Positions 12,187-25,596 of a stretch of 64,000 bases of DNA are shown here, piece by piece. A program made the position numbers and the translations under genes. The stretch comes from Selaginella moellendorffii (lineage: Eukaryota; Plantae; Lycopodiophyta). Position 1 is the stretch's first letter; the number at the start of each line of letters is the position of its first letter. The stretch lies in contig NW_003314263.1 of NCBI RefSeq assembly GCF_000143415.4, forward strand, positions 684,165 through 748,164, read 5' to 3'. A model generated the notes under the pieces. That model had not been told where the DNA came from, did not search any database, and saw only the letters and a program-made list of their open reading frames with translations.

Positions 12187-12197
12187 TCAATTTAATT

Positions 12198-13685
12198 GTG
12201 TATCACAACTCCGGGGAATCCCCCACTTGGCAGTGCACCGAAGCCAACCTCCTTACTTAGAGTCTATGACCATTGAAAAATGATTGTTCTCATATTCTAA
12301 ACCATCACTATGCTCTAGTGAGTTAGGATTCGAACCCAAACACTAAATCGTTGAGACTCGAACCAACCTTTATATATGCATCTATAGATGGCATCACCCA
12401 AGATCCTATCATGACTCCCTACGCCGATGCACCAACTTATACCCAAAGCACGCTATAAATCACAACTTAAGAACTTAATTCCTTCGAATTGCTAAATCCT
12501 TTCACTTGATAGATCAGTGATCATGAATGGACTCTTCCATACTTGGCATTATAGGCCACCCCTTTTGAAATCAACACTTTCAATTAAGGTCTTTATTCCC
12601 CTAACTTGCCAATCTCATAGTAAATCACCCAACAAACATAACAAGGTTTTATGCATAAGCGTGTAAGTCTTCAACTATTGACTTTTGTTCAAAGCCATAC
12701 CTTTGAACACTCGGGAACTAATTCCCCAACTTTAATAGCCTTGCCTTATAGTAAACTTAAAGACTATACTTCTGTTGTGCCACTTTATTTTTGTGCATTC
12801 TGATGAACCATTTACACTTATCTTTCTAGGTGCTAACTTACCTAGAGTTGTCTTCGGGAACATTAAAGAGGCTTTGTCCCTTAACTTGCTAAAGCCTTTC
12901 CTTTGGCAAGCCTTCTCATTGTTATATGGTCTAACATGATTAATTCCATATTTTAGACTTTCTATGGCATCATGGTTGCCAATAGCAACACATTCCAGCA
13001 CCCGCTTGATTTTCCACTCCCAACTTGTATAACCACCCTTGACTATGCTCTTCGATTTCTATAATTCTATCTCTTTATTACTTATTTTTGGCCTTATACA
13101 TTCCTTTTAGTTATTTTCCTCCTGACTAAGAGGTAGTTTTGCACTTTCTACCACGCCTTAGCACTTCGACTGGGTCTCAGACTTGGTCTCAGATTTGGTC
13201 TCAATCTCAATCTTGGTCTCGGTCTCGGTCTCAGTCTTGATCTTGAACTCCATCTCAGGTCCATCTCAGACTTCATCTCGGTCCATCTTGGACTCCATCT
13301 CGGGTCCATCTCGGACTCCATCTTGGGTCCATCTCGGACTCCATCTTGGGTCCATCTCGGACTCCATTTCAGACTCCATCTCAGGTCCATCTTGGACTCC
13401 AACTTAGGTATATCTCGAGTCATGTGTTAGTCCTTTTGTGTCCCTTTTCTAGAGACTCACTTTTTGCTTGCTTCTTGCTCGTTTCTTGAGCACTCCATTG
13501 AGAGTTCTAATCTCGCTCTTGACTTTTCAAGTCAAAACTTTTAATCTAAACGTGTTATACTTATTTAGCTTTCACTTTGGCCACTATCATATGGCACCCT
13601 TTTGGCTCTACTTTGGGGCTCAAGGATTTATGTTTCACAAGTGGTTAAATGGCTAAAGTAGAATGGAAAATTTAATTGCTTACAT
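12198..13685 (-). mobile_element. Decayed family-A remnants (internal region, LTR end with eroded tandem array, short reversed terminus)
   Basis: 12198-13150 resembles about 4595-5560; 13165-13639 resembles the LTR array and end, with many C-to-T/G-to-A changes. Confidence 0.85.
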
Positions 13686-13769
13686 ATAGGTCTTTCTATT
13701 GGCTAGAGATGTGACGTGATGTTATTTGATATATGCATAGCTGTGTTTAGTGTTCAGCTTGTAATACTC

Positions 13770-14650
13770 CCCTTGGTGCTGCAGAAGGATAGTTGGAGTC
13801 AATTGCAATTTCTCGTCCGTTTAAGTTGATGGCATTTAATTTGATGGGACCTTTTCCATGATCAACTGCTGACAATGAGTATGTCATTATTGTTTCTGAC
13901 TATTTGCTCTTGTTAACACATCTACAACTAATATTAGATACTTCCTCTTCAATCAAGTGGTGTTCCAGCAATTCTGTCCAAAGCAGGTTCTTTCAAATAA
14001 TAGTACCGTATTTATGGCTGAGGCATTTCAAGTTTTGACATCTTAGTTGGGGATATGCCACACTTTCACAAGTGTTTATTATCCACAATTAGACAGTTTA
14101 GTGGAACGGCTCTTTCGAACCTTCAAAAAGATAATTGCAAAGTACATGAACTTTCAGCATTTGGATTGAGATGTTATTTACAATCTCTTCGGTATGCGTA
14201 TGTTACAAGAGTGCAGAGTTCTATTATTGTTTCACGATATAAACTCCTATATGGTCATAATCCAATACTATCAACGAAGTTGGGTTTACCTTCACAATTG
14301 CCGTGGGCTACCGATGCTAAGTTGTGGGATCAATATTTGATAAGCATTTTTCCACTTGTCTGAGCAAAGTCTACTAAACACGTGGGCCGTGTATAAGTGG
14401 GACAACAATGATGCTACAACTTTCATCATTGCCATATGTGAAGTACAAAATTGAGGACTTGATTTAATTTGTTTTCCCTATCTTATAATATGTAGTTTAT
14501 CTAAGGGGCTCCTTGCTCAATGGAAAGGATCGTATTAGGGTTGTAGCAAGTTGTACTATAAGTTTATGAGTTTCGGCATGACATTCAGTAGACTGATCCT
14601 CCAAAAATTGTGTATGTGCAACGACTGAAATGCTTTGCTTTACCATCTAA
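13770..14650 (+). pseudogene. Highly decayed retrotransposon integrase remnant
   Basis: Fragments LMGPFP*STADNEYVIIVSDY, YYPQLDSLVER and KGLLAQWKGSY resemble the integrase core and GPY/F region; many stops. Confidence 0.6.
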
Positions 14651-15273
14651 TGGTTGATATTCAATAAAATTAATTTTGTGTTTATAAATTATGAGCATGT
14701 TTATAATTATAAATTACCATTTTGATTCATTAAATTAATAAATAAAAATAACAGTACTCTTAAGCAAACCAAGCATTTGCAGTAAATTATTTCCTCAAGA
14801 ACAGATCATGTTCAGTTTAATGATGACTTTGGGCAACATTGGGTGGACCATACTCATGATTTTGCAAGTTATAATGCCTGACCTCTTGATACTCTTAACA
14901 GGAGGCTCCACCAAATTCCAGGAGAGATCATAAGTTACTGCAAAAAACAAGCAATAATAAAAAGCCAATAAAGTGTTCCAAGAATTTCTGGACGTGCCAT
15001 GAGACAATTGTCAATGCCTAGGCTTGAGCTTTGTTGTTGGATACGATCACCCTGAAGAATGGGCTAAGCTTCAGGCTCATGGAAGGACCAGAGTTAAAAT
15101 CAAATCGATTTTTTAAAGTTTAAGCCTGTTACCTTCAGCCTTCTCCTCTGCCTTCTCGGAAATTCACGTAGGAGCCACCTTAAACACGCTCTTTATATTA
15201 TAAAACGCGACCCTTCATTCAATCAAACCTCATTCCATTCGCATTTCCAACTTTCCTTGTCAATTTTCCAGCC

Positions 15274-16010
15274 ATGGCTTCTCGCGATCAAGAGGTGACA
15301 CTGCTCAGCGCTTGGCCCAGCCCCTTTTCCATGCGAGTCAAGCTTGCACTAGCGCTCAAAGGCATCGAGCACGAAGATCTCCCCCAAGACCTTGGCAACA
15401 AGAGCAAGATCCTGCTCGAATCCAATCCAGTTCACAAGAAGGTCCCCGTTCTCATCCACAAGGGCAAGCCCATCCTGGAATCGGCCATCATTGTCCACTA
15501 CATCGACGAGGTCTGGCCCGAAACAAGCCCACTCTTGCCTCAGGACGCATTCCTCCGCGCACAGCACCGCTTCTGGAGCGATTTCATCGACAAAAAGGTA
15601 TGGATTCTCTTACTAGAAATCTGCTGCTACGGGTTTTATACTCTTCCTGCTTATCGATCACACAGCTTTTCGACTCCTGGATACGATTCTTGCGTAGTAA
15701 CGGTGACGCGGCCGTGAACGAGGAGTTCAACCAAAACTGTTTGCTTATCGAGGGAGCTCTGGCGGAGCTGGGCAGTGAGGAAGAGGGCCCCTTCTTTGGT
15801 GGCGCGAGCATGTCGTTCTTGGATGTGCTGCTGGCACCCTATGCGGTGTGGATCCCAGGAGTTGAGCAAGTGATGGGCTTGAAGCCCGCGAAATGCCCGC
15901 GTTTCCACAAGCTCTTGGCGGCCGCGTCCGAGCACCCCTCGGCCAAAGTGGCGCTGCCGCAAGTCGAGAGGCTCAAGAAGTTTATTCGGGTTCACTTTGA
16001 GAGCAAGTGA
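15274..16010 (+). CDS. GSTU: Glutathione S-transferase, tau class (exons 15274-15597, 15666-16010)
   Basis: WPSPFSMRV, SNPVHKKVPVLIH, ESAIIVHYIDE, RFWSDFIDKK; single GT-AG intron at the typical tau position. Confidence 0.95.
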
Positions 16011-16836
16011 GCGATGATTGTTTACAAAATCTAATAAATCTCTTGCCCGACTGTCCTGGAAGAAGATTGGAGTCAAGACGTTAGTGTCCTCCTCGCAGAT
16101 TGTGCTAACCCTTGAGTTACAGAATCCCAGTGATCGCCGGAGAAGAGGAGCTGGTCTTGCCTGAGCACGCCAGTGAGCGATCCTGGATTTCTTCCACTTA
16201 ATCCTCTAGCGAGGAGAGAAGAGGGGGATCCTAAATGCTTACTTAACTGAAACCCTTTTAGGGTTCACCTTTAATCTAATGACTGGTTATGGTCTACTTA
16301 GTTAGTAAACACTGTTTTGATTGTTATAATTTTGTTAAATTGAAAATTAAATTAGAATAATATCAAAACAATAAATATTAAATTCCACAAATGTGTTTCC
16401 TCAAAGAAAATTATGAAATTTGTTAAAAGGAATTAGAGGAAATTATCAGATCCAAATGATAAGTCTCCATTGCAAAAGGTTAAATGTTATGCTGGTACAT
16501 GTGACCCACGTCATACCACCTTCTTCTCTAGTTTAGGCAGTTGACCACCTGAGCAAACATTAGTGTAATTATTCACTAAAACGTAATTAAGAAAATAAGC
16601 CTTTAACAGTTACTTCCCATTTGACGGCTGCCATTGGGTAGATCAGTTTGCCACTTCATTATTATATCATTATTATAGAAGCTTAGCCATGATCAAGAGC
16701 ATTTCCTTGAAGAATAACGAATAGAATGAGATTCGCAAGTAAGCATACCATGAGATTCGCAAGGCCCCTTATACCAGGAGGAACAAACTCTATGGCACAA
16801 AGAGTGAGTACCACAATGGAACTTTAATGGAGAAGA

Positions 16837-18435
16837 ATGCTCACCTCGTTGGAGAGCATGGAGTTCTTAGTTGGTTTTGCAATTCTCTTGATCTTGGTTG
16901 TCTTCTCGAGCGTGTTCTACCTGAGAGTAGCATCGCAATCGCCATCACTCCCCACTCCACTGCCGATCATCGGCCATCTTTACCTCTTGGGAAAGCTCCC
17001 TCACCATTCTCTCCTCGCGATCGCTCGAAAGTATGGCCCCCTCGTCCAGCTCCGGCTTGGCTCGGTACCTGTGGTGATCGCGTCAAGCCCCGAGATGGCG
17101 AGAGAGTTTCTAAGAAACCAGGATCTCACCTTTGCGTCGAGGCCGACGTTGCTTACCACGAAGTACATCCTCTATGACTCCAAGGACATGGTTTTTGCTC
17201 CATACGGCGAGCACTGGAGGAGCATGAGGAAGCTGTGCGTCGTGGAGCTCCTGACGGACCGTCGCCTCGCCTCATCGCAGCAGGCAAGGCTGGAAGAGCT
17301 ACAGAGATTGTTAGCGAAGATCGCAAAAGTTGTGGAGACGAGCGAACCTTTCTTGCTGCTAGATCTGCTGACGGAGTTTACGTTCAACGTCATCACCCGG
17401 ATGGTGATGAACAAGGCTTACTTTGGATCCGGAGAGACGATGGAGGAGCTCGCGGCCACCAGAGACTTCATCCATATGCAAGAGCAAGGAACCATTCTTC
17501 TCGGGGAGTTCCACATCGGCGACTACATCCCGTTTCTCAAGTGGTTCGACTCGAGCGTCGCCAAGATGAAAGCCCTGCACAAGATCCAGGACGAGTTCCC
17601 GCAAAAAGTGGTCGATCAGCACGTCCTTGCGAGGCAAAGCAGAGAACAAACTCAAGCTCACGATGGAGATGGAGATTTCGTCGACACACTCTTGTCTCTA
17701 GACTCTCCAGATCCAAACAATCAAGCTAGAAACATTAAGGCACTCATCCAGGTACTCTAAAGAAGAACAAAGAAAGAATCCATACCTTGGAAGTTCTTAC
17801 ATGTTGTGTTTGTTCTCGTCTAGAATCTCTTGGGAGCTGGAACAGACACCTCCATTACCACGATCCAATGGGCAATGGCGGAGTTGCTAAACAATCCCAG
17901 AGCCCTGGAGAAAGCACAGGAAGAATTACGCGCGAAATTCGGCAATGCCCGCCAGGAAATCATCCAAGAACACGAGCTAAAAGATCTACCATACCTCCAT
18001 GCAGTGATCAAGGAGACCTTCCGCCTCCATCCGCCAGCGCCGCTCCTCATCCCCCACCAATCCACCCAAGACACCACCGTCGCGGGCCTCGCCATCGCCA
18101 AGGGCACGCGCCTCTTCGTCAATGTCTATGCCATCGGCCGAGACCCTGCCCTGTGGAAATCCCCCGACGATTTCCTCCCGGAGCGGTTCCTGGGATCCAG
18201 CATTGACGTCCACGGCAAGAATTTCGAGCTCCTCCCGTTTGGATCGGGGCGGCGCGGCTGCCCTGGCATGGCGCTGGGATTGATCACTGTCCAGCTCGCC
18301 CTCGCGAATCTGCTGCATCGATTCCAGTGGAGCTTGGCGCCGGGCGTGGACGCGCATCCCATGGCCGAGTGCTTCGGCGTCGTCACCACCATGGAAATCC
18401 CACTCCGCGCTCGAGCAAGCCCTAATAAGGATTGA
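16837..18435 (+). CDS. Cytochrome P450, CYP71 clan (exons 16837-17751, 17824-18435)
   Basis: N-terminal TM helix, PTPLPIIGHL, AGTDTS, KETFRLHP, PERF, PFGSGRRGCPG heme motif; single phase-0 intron. Confidence 0.95.
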
Positions 18436-20239
18436 TACGTTCTAAATATTTTCAAATGTATTCCAGGTGAAATTCTAGTGTTTCTTTAGATTCTTTTCTG
18501 TTTTTTTTTTTTTTAGCTTATAGAGGAAGAAGCAAGCTTGGATCAGCAAAGTTTTGTATAGTTTCTGAATTTTTAAATCTCCTAAATGCTTGAATTGTGA
18601 AGGAAAGAAATAGTCAGGCGACTAATGTACAAATGAGCAGTCAATCTTTTGTAACTTTGACAAGTTTGGTTTGGTTGTTAGCAGGATTTTGTTGAAATTC
18701 TTGTGCAAGAGTTTGAGTTCTATTTGATATCATCAGCTTGATTTCTATTTGACTGAGCATGTATAAAGTCTCACTGGGGCTACAAGGGGCAATGTCGTGT
18801 AAGCAATGGAAGCAACAGGCCTGATCATCTTGCTGCTCCTCACTGTTTCTCAGGGTAGTTATTGTTGATGAATCTTTTCTTTTCCCGTTTCATTGACAGC
18901 TTTCTGTGGATGGTTTCAGGTATGTTGCCTGAGCAGGCGGTAGCGTTTAGAACACTCAAGCAAGGTAAATCTCTCTCTGGATTCATCCTCTCAATCACTG
19001 CTCTTGGTTGTTGTTTTTGCAGTCTGTCCACAAGTGTGCACATACACTTCTGTTGTGTGTAATGGCGTGTGTAGGGATAGAGTCTGCTATAGCGACTGCA
19101 ACTTACCAGCAAATTGCACTGGATATAGGGGTGCTTGCTCCTGATATGGAGCACAATCTATAATAATCCCCAAGGTGAAGGATGTTGTGTTTGTATTTTG
19201 ATCATGAATTTACTCCGAGAAAAATGCATACCTCTAGAAGTTCTTCTGGGTTGTGTTCTTCTTTCCTCTGCACTTGGGAGCTGGAACAGACACGTCCATC
19301 ATCGCATGCATACCTCAGAAGTTCTTTTTTCCCCCTTGAGCTAGAGCTGCAATGAGAACGAATTTCGGGCAGTGCCCCATTTCTGGGGTTTCTCAATTCT
19401 AGGGCTTCTAGGCATTCACCAGTCGGAATTGCAGCTGCCATCGATTCATTGAATTTGCAACCAAATCTGCTTAACTAAAAGGACTTTTCTTTGAATGGTT
19501 TTTGTTGAGCGCGCACTTACTGGACAAAGTCCTTGATCCTTGCCTTTTGACTGAGGGGATGGAGATGAAGCTCCTCTCCTTTCTCCACCCAGCAGCAAAG
19601 TAGCTCTAGATTTGAGCATTTTTTATCCTCAGGAAAGTGAGTGGATGTAAACATTTTTCTTGGATAGGAGTGTTGGGCAAAAAGTGGGTGTTATTTTGAA
19701 GGTCAGAATGCAAATCAATAGATTAAGAAAGTGATTTTCAAATTTGGGCATCCAGATCCTAAAAATATCCCACTTTTCATTTCCAGATTTAAGAAAAACC
19801 TAAATGTCATAATCAAGCTAAAAATTGTCATTGTGACTTCTAACAAAAAAGGATAAATAGTCATAAAACTAAAAACCTTTTTAACTAGTCATATGTATTT
19901 GTATGTATCTATATATTTATATATGTATATTTCTATTAGCAACTGGACTAAATATAAAAAAAATATTCAAAGATGCTTCATTAGGATAAAGAACTTTATA
20001 AGATTATGAGGAAATGAAATTTAGAGTGTGCAATTTGTAAAGCAAGCTAAAAACGAAGACAAACGAATTAAAACAAATTAAAACGAAGACAACTGAAGAC
20101 AAACAAAAACAAACAAAAACACGTGGCTTGGAAATACTTTGAGCAGGGTTCTAGAATATGCACTCGCATCTTTGGGGGGTTGGGAATGGGCCATGAATGG
20201 GGCAGATGCTGACGGGATAATCAGCTTTATGCACAGTTG

Positions 20240-20570
20240 AACGCAGAGCAGTGACGGAGAGTCACACGATTCAGATAGAAGTTTTTGGAAGTACTCGGTG
20301 AGAGACAATGGCAAGGCCGAGGTTCTCTTTCGATCGATGCAACAGTGCTGTGGAGCAAACGCATGAACTTTTGCCACTGCGCTCCATGCTCCACTCTCTC
20401 AGCTGCCGAAGAATTGATGGGAGGATGGTGAAAGTTTGTTTCGCTGCAACGAGGCAGCGAAGTTCATCGTCAAGCCGAGACTGGGATGAGAACAGATCCT
20501 ATCCTTTGCAATGTCTACGTGGGGAATGCTCTCATCGACATGTATGTGAAGTCCCAGGTGCTCAAGAGGT
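20240..20570 (+). pseudogene. PPR gene fragment
   Basis: KARFSFDR, NVYVGNALIDMYVK; broken frames. Confidence 0.55.
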
Positions 20571-20639
20571 GTGATACCATTCGGTTTTATGCCAGATCAA
20601 GAAGATTTTTCTTGGCAACCTTTGCTCTCACAGTGAAAG

Positions 20640-21010
20640 ATATCCGAGTGGAGCCAGCACTTTTGTGGCTGCTCAAGAATGCTAGCCCGGAAAGACAAGA
20701 GATAACTAAGCTCGTGAGACAACAGGACACTGATACGTTGAGCCAGCTCATGGCCCTGCTTGTCGGGGAGTTATCTTCAAAGAAGCACGTACTGGCTGCT
20801 TGCTCGCTCTAGTTACGGAACAAGACATGGGCAAGGAAGGAGCTGCTGGATACGAGGCCTTCGACACGCTCATGACTCTACTCAAAAGCAAGGAGAAGCT
20901 GCCTCGGTGATAACCAGGGTCTTTGCTCTTTGCAAGGACACGCCTGTCGTCCAAAAGGCAACGGGACCTCTAAACAAGCTCGTCAAGAACATCAACGAGG
21001 AGGAGCCAGG
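20640..21010 (+). pseudogene. Armadillo-repeat gene fragment resembling CSI1/POM2
   Basis: PALLWLLKNASPERQEI...DTDTLSQLMALL matches my recollection of the CSI1 segment PALLWLLKNG...DTATISQLTALL; frameshifted. Confidence 0.55.
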
Positions 21011-21662
21011 GATGGTCATCTTTGTTTGTAACTCGCTTTTAGCTTACTTACGAATTGCACGCCATAGAGAGTACATTTGCTTTAGCATATAATAAGATAT
21101 AAAAAGATGTTTATTACAAAAGAACAAAATGTTTAGAATTTCTAAGTTTGAGCAAGCATTAAAACTCACCACAGGTCAGGAATTTCAATAAGAGCATAGG
21201 CAAATATCCAGAGTGCTTCCATACTGTGAGGTAAAAAAGAGAATAGCAAGAAATACTTTCACAGATAGTGAGATAATTACTGGGGTATTTTTTCCTCAAG
21301 AACAGGATCATGCTGGGTTTATTTTGATGACTTTGGGCTGATACTCTTAACAGGAGGCTCTCGTATTCGAGATCACAAGTTACTGCAAAAAACAAGCAAA
21401 AATAAAGGCCAATAAAGTGTTTCAAGAATTTCTGGATGAGACGATTGCCACCAGCAGGGCTCAGGCTCATGGAAGGACCAAAGTCAAAATCAATCGATTT
21501 TTTAAAGTTTAAGCCTGTTACCTTCAGCCTTCTCCTCTGCCTTCTCGGAAATTCACGTAGGAGCCACCTTAAACACGCTCTTTATATTATAATACGCGAC
21601 CCTTCATTCAATCAAACCTCATTCCATTCGCATTTCCAACTTTCCCTGTCAATTTTCCAGCC

Positions 21663-22399
21663 ATGGCTTCTCGCGATCAAGAGGTGACACTGCTCAGCGC
21701 TTGGCCCAGCGTCTTTACCATGCGAGTCAAGCTTGCACTAGTGCTCAAAGGCATCGAGCACGAAGATATCCCCCAAGACCTTGGCAACAAGAGCAAGATC
21801 CTGCTCGAATCCAATCCAGTTCACAAGAAGGTCCCCGTTCTCATCCACAAGGGCAAGCCCATCCTGGAATCGGCCATCATTGTCCACTACATCGACGAGG
21901 TCTGGCCCGAAACTAGCCCACTCTTGCCTCAGGACGCATTCCTCCGCGCACAGCACCGCTTCTGGAGCGATTTCATCGACAAAAAGGTATGGATTCTCTT
22001 ACTAGAAATCTGCTGCTACGGGTTTTATACTCTTCTTGCTTATCGATCACACAGCTTTTCGACTCCTTGATACGATTCTTGCGTAGTAACGGTGACGCGG
22101 CCGTGAACGAGGAGTTCAACCAAAACTGTTTGCTTATCGAGGGAGCTCTGGCGGAGCTGGGTAGTGAGGAAGAGGGCCCCTTCTTTGGTGGCGCGAGTAT
22201 GTCGTTCTTGGATGTGCTGCTGGCACCCTATGCGGTGTGGATCCCAGGAGTTGAGCAAGTGATGGGCTTGAAGCCCGCGAAATGCCCGCGTTTCCACAAG
22301 CTCTTGGCGGCCGCGTCCGAGCATCCCTCGGCCAAAGCGGCGCTGCCGCAAGTCGAGAAGCTCAAGGAGTTTATTCGGGTTCGCTTTGCGAGCAAGTGA
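21663..22399 (+). CDS. GSTU: Glutathione S-transferase, tau class, duplicate (exons 21663-21986, 22055-22399)
   Basis: Near-identical to 15274-16010 including promoter and 3' flank; active-site region reads WPSVFTMRV. Confidence 0.95.
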
Positions 22400-24599
22400 G
22401 CGATGACTGTTTACAAAATCTAATAAATCTTTTGCCCGACTGTCCTGGAAGAAGATTGGAGTCAAGACGTTAGTGTCCTCCTCGCAGATTGTGCTAATCC
22501 TTGAGTTACAGAATCCCAGTGATCGCCGGAGAAGAGGAGCTGGTCTTGCCTGAGCACGCCAGTGAGCGACGCCGAGACATCCTGGATTTCTTCCATTTCC
22601 CCGCCTGCTTACTTGGATTTCTCCACTAACTGAAACCCTTTTAGGGTCCACCTTTAATCTAATGATGTAATATCAAAACAATAAATATTAAACTCCACAA
22701 ATGTGTTTCGGGCATTGTTTGATCTTGAGAAAACCCTTGGCTAGCTTGTGCCTAAACATACAAGGAAATCAATGATAATAAATCAACAAACAATATCATG
22801 CCAAGTCCCTTTGATAAGAGAATGGCAAAAGAGAGGCTTTAGACAATTAATTGATGGTCTATGTATATTGTGTTGATATGGCAATCCGGATTAGCCTAAT
22901 TCTATATGGTATATATACAGACTATTTAGATTGGTAATAATTCTATGAATTTATGGCTATAAATTAGCCATTAAGTATTATAGTAATACCAGCCACAATG
23001 AATTTTGTGGATGTTTTGGACATTGGAAATGAATATAGGCATTAGTGTGATGATCTTGTCATTATTAAGAGGGCATGGCAGTTTTTTTATATTAATATGG
23101 GAAGCCTTCTGTTCTGATCTATTTGGGCTGTCTCCTCACTCTAACACTCAACCTAGAACAATATCTCAGTCTTTGAGCTTGACAATGATCCACAGCCACA
23201 GTAGGTGATCTCTTAATCTCTCTTGCAGATTTAGGCTTTTATAGTAGAAGTGTATTGATCATAGAGAGGTGCAACTCTTGCTTTTATCTTTTGGGTTAGA
23301 CTTGGCAATGATTAGAGGTCAAGAATTGGATAATTCAAAAATATTTTAGGATTTTATTGGGCTACTTAGAGATAGTTCAGAAAAACTAAGAGTTTGGTTT
23401 TAGGCTTTTCTTTATATTTTTATTATATGTTTTTGGGTCATTTGTGTTGTGAATGTGACTTTAAATATCAAAATATATTTGTTGGCTAGTCCTTTCAGAC
23501 AATCTCTTTACTACTATGATGGCAAGAGATCGATATTACTAGTTCCATTTTTTCAAGTATTTAGCATCTATATTATAGCTAGATAAAAATAAAATAAGAA
23601 CTCTTATGTGTTTCTTGTTGATTATACTTAACCTAGCTTTTAGTTTTCTTTTGCTCTATTTTGCATTGGTTTGGCAAGAAGCTCCACATATTAAGTTTAG
23701 TCCTTCAATATTGTTATATAATAATTTACTATATCTATTAGCTATCATGTTCTATGTGCCACTTTAGTCTTATGTGCTATTTATGGAAAGTGTCTAGAAA
23801 AACATCTATAAAATATAAAAGGTATCTTGAGCATTATTCTAAATTTAGTAAGTTTTTAGGCTTATCTTTAAGACTAACTCTTGGGACTAGAATGAAAGTT
23901 TAAAACAAGTTCTTATATATGAAAAGGGGATATAAAAGACTTTAAATGTATAGTAAGAATATTGGTTGGAAGCATATGAGATATTTTTTTAACTCCCATT
24001 AGGCTATGTTATTCGGTTGAAATCTAACTTTTATATTACTTTAGTCAATGAGATACCCACCTCCTTGTGTTAGGCCACTGGTATATTGCAATTATGTCAA
24101 ACTTCTTTTGACACCATTTTGAATATAATGCTTATAAAAGATTTAAATGTATACTAAACCCTTATTTCATAGTGTCAACTCCAAATTTAAATATGCTACA
24201 ATTTATTTAGTTGGAGACATTAAACCATAATACAATGATTTTCTTATCACTTTTATACCTCTAATTTTCAATTTTAAATACTGTTTTAATCAATAAATGA
24301 ATGTAAATTAGGTAGTATTAGGAGGTATTAAGACCAAATAAATTATGGGAGAAATTTTTCTACTTAATAATCCCTTGTTAACCTCCTTGCACTTTTTTGG
24401 ACTATATAAATAAAAAAGAAAAATAGGTGAAAGCATGGTCAGATTTAAAATAGGAAAACATTATTAAATCTAGCTAATTCATAAAGTAATAATTCTCTTA
24501 AGATTGAAATACTAAATAAAATAAGCTATCAATCTCAGATCTACATATTTTTTTATTAAACCTAATTTAAATAAATTGCTACGTGTTACATGTAGCAAT

Positions 24600-24892
24600 G
24601 CTTGGTTTGCTTAATAGTAGTGTTATTATTACTTATTAGCCTAATTGATCAAATAAAGTTTATAATTATAAACATGTTGTAATTTATAAACACAAGATTA
24701 ATTTTATTGCATATCAACCATTAGATGATAAACTAAAAAAGAATATACTAGAAAAGGTTTAAGAAAGTTTATAAATTATAAATAGAAGATTAATCTAAAT
24801 GAATAACAACCGTTAGATGGTAGAATATTCAAGCATATTCTAGGTATATTCACTACCATCTTAGTCCCTCCACTACTACTTAAGCAAACAAA
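24600..24892. mobile_element. MITE-like AT-rich element
   Basis: Imperfect terminal inverted repeats TTGGTTTGCTTAATAGTAGTG / CACTACTACTTAAGCAAACAA; a related partial copy in reverse orientation at about 14640-14780. Confidence 0.55.
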
Positions 24893-25596
24893 AAACATAA
24901 ATATATTGTTAAGCTTGGTATTTATAATCCTTATGTTTAATATAAATAATCTGGACTATCCAATATCATATAAATAAATTTGTGAAACTAGATAGACAAA
25001 AGGGAACAATAATTAATGGCACTACATCAAATAAAACTTAAGCCCATCAATTAACTATGCCTTTAAAGTGAAATGCAGACTCCAATTTCACATCATTCCA
25101 AGTAGTAAAGTTTAAAGTTAGCATAATTATAATTAATACTTTAATTAATGGATTGAACTATATCCCTTATTAAGTTATTTGAAGAAAATTGTTTAGATTA
25201 ATTAATGCAACATTTTCACTTTTGGAGCTACAACACACCATGACACTCTTGCTGTGGGAAGATGGTGTAATCTTGCAGCCTGATGGGAAACCATTTAGAG
25301 CTACAACATGCCATGACGCTGTTGTTGTGGGAAAATGGCGTAGACTTGCAACCTGGTGGGGACATGAGAGAGAGAGAGTGCAACCTGGTGGGGACATGTG
25401 AGAGAGAGAGAGAGTTTAATACTAATATTTATATCTTAGAATATTAAATTATACTCTATGATAATTCTGATTGTGATTAACTTGCATAAAGTATTTTGTA
25501 GTCATGTTAATTTTATTCTTTTTACAAAAGCTTTAACTTGTTTTCATATCATCAAAAGCTCTAATGTACTTTACTGATAAATGCAATCAAAGTATA

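Noticed and set aside
22040-22651. Antisense ORF overlapping the GST 3' end (similar at 15651-16076)
   Set aside because: No recognisable domain; non-ATG start; the two copies differ by indels upstream; conservation is explained by recent duplication.
22710-24590. AT-rich stretch possibly derived from a transposon
   Set aside because: No termini, TSD or protein motif I could support.
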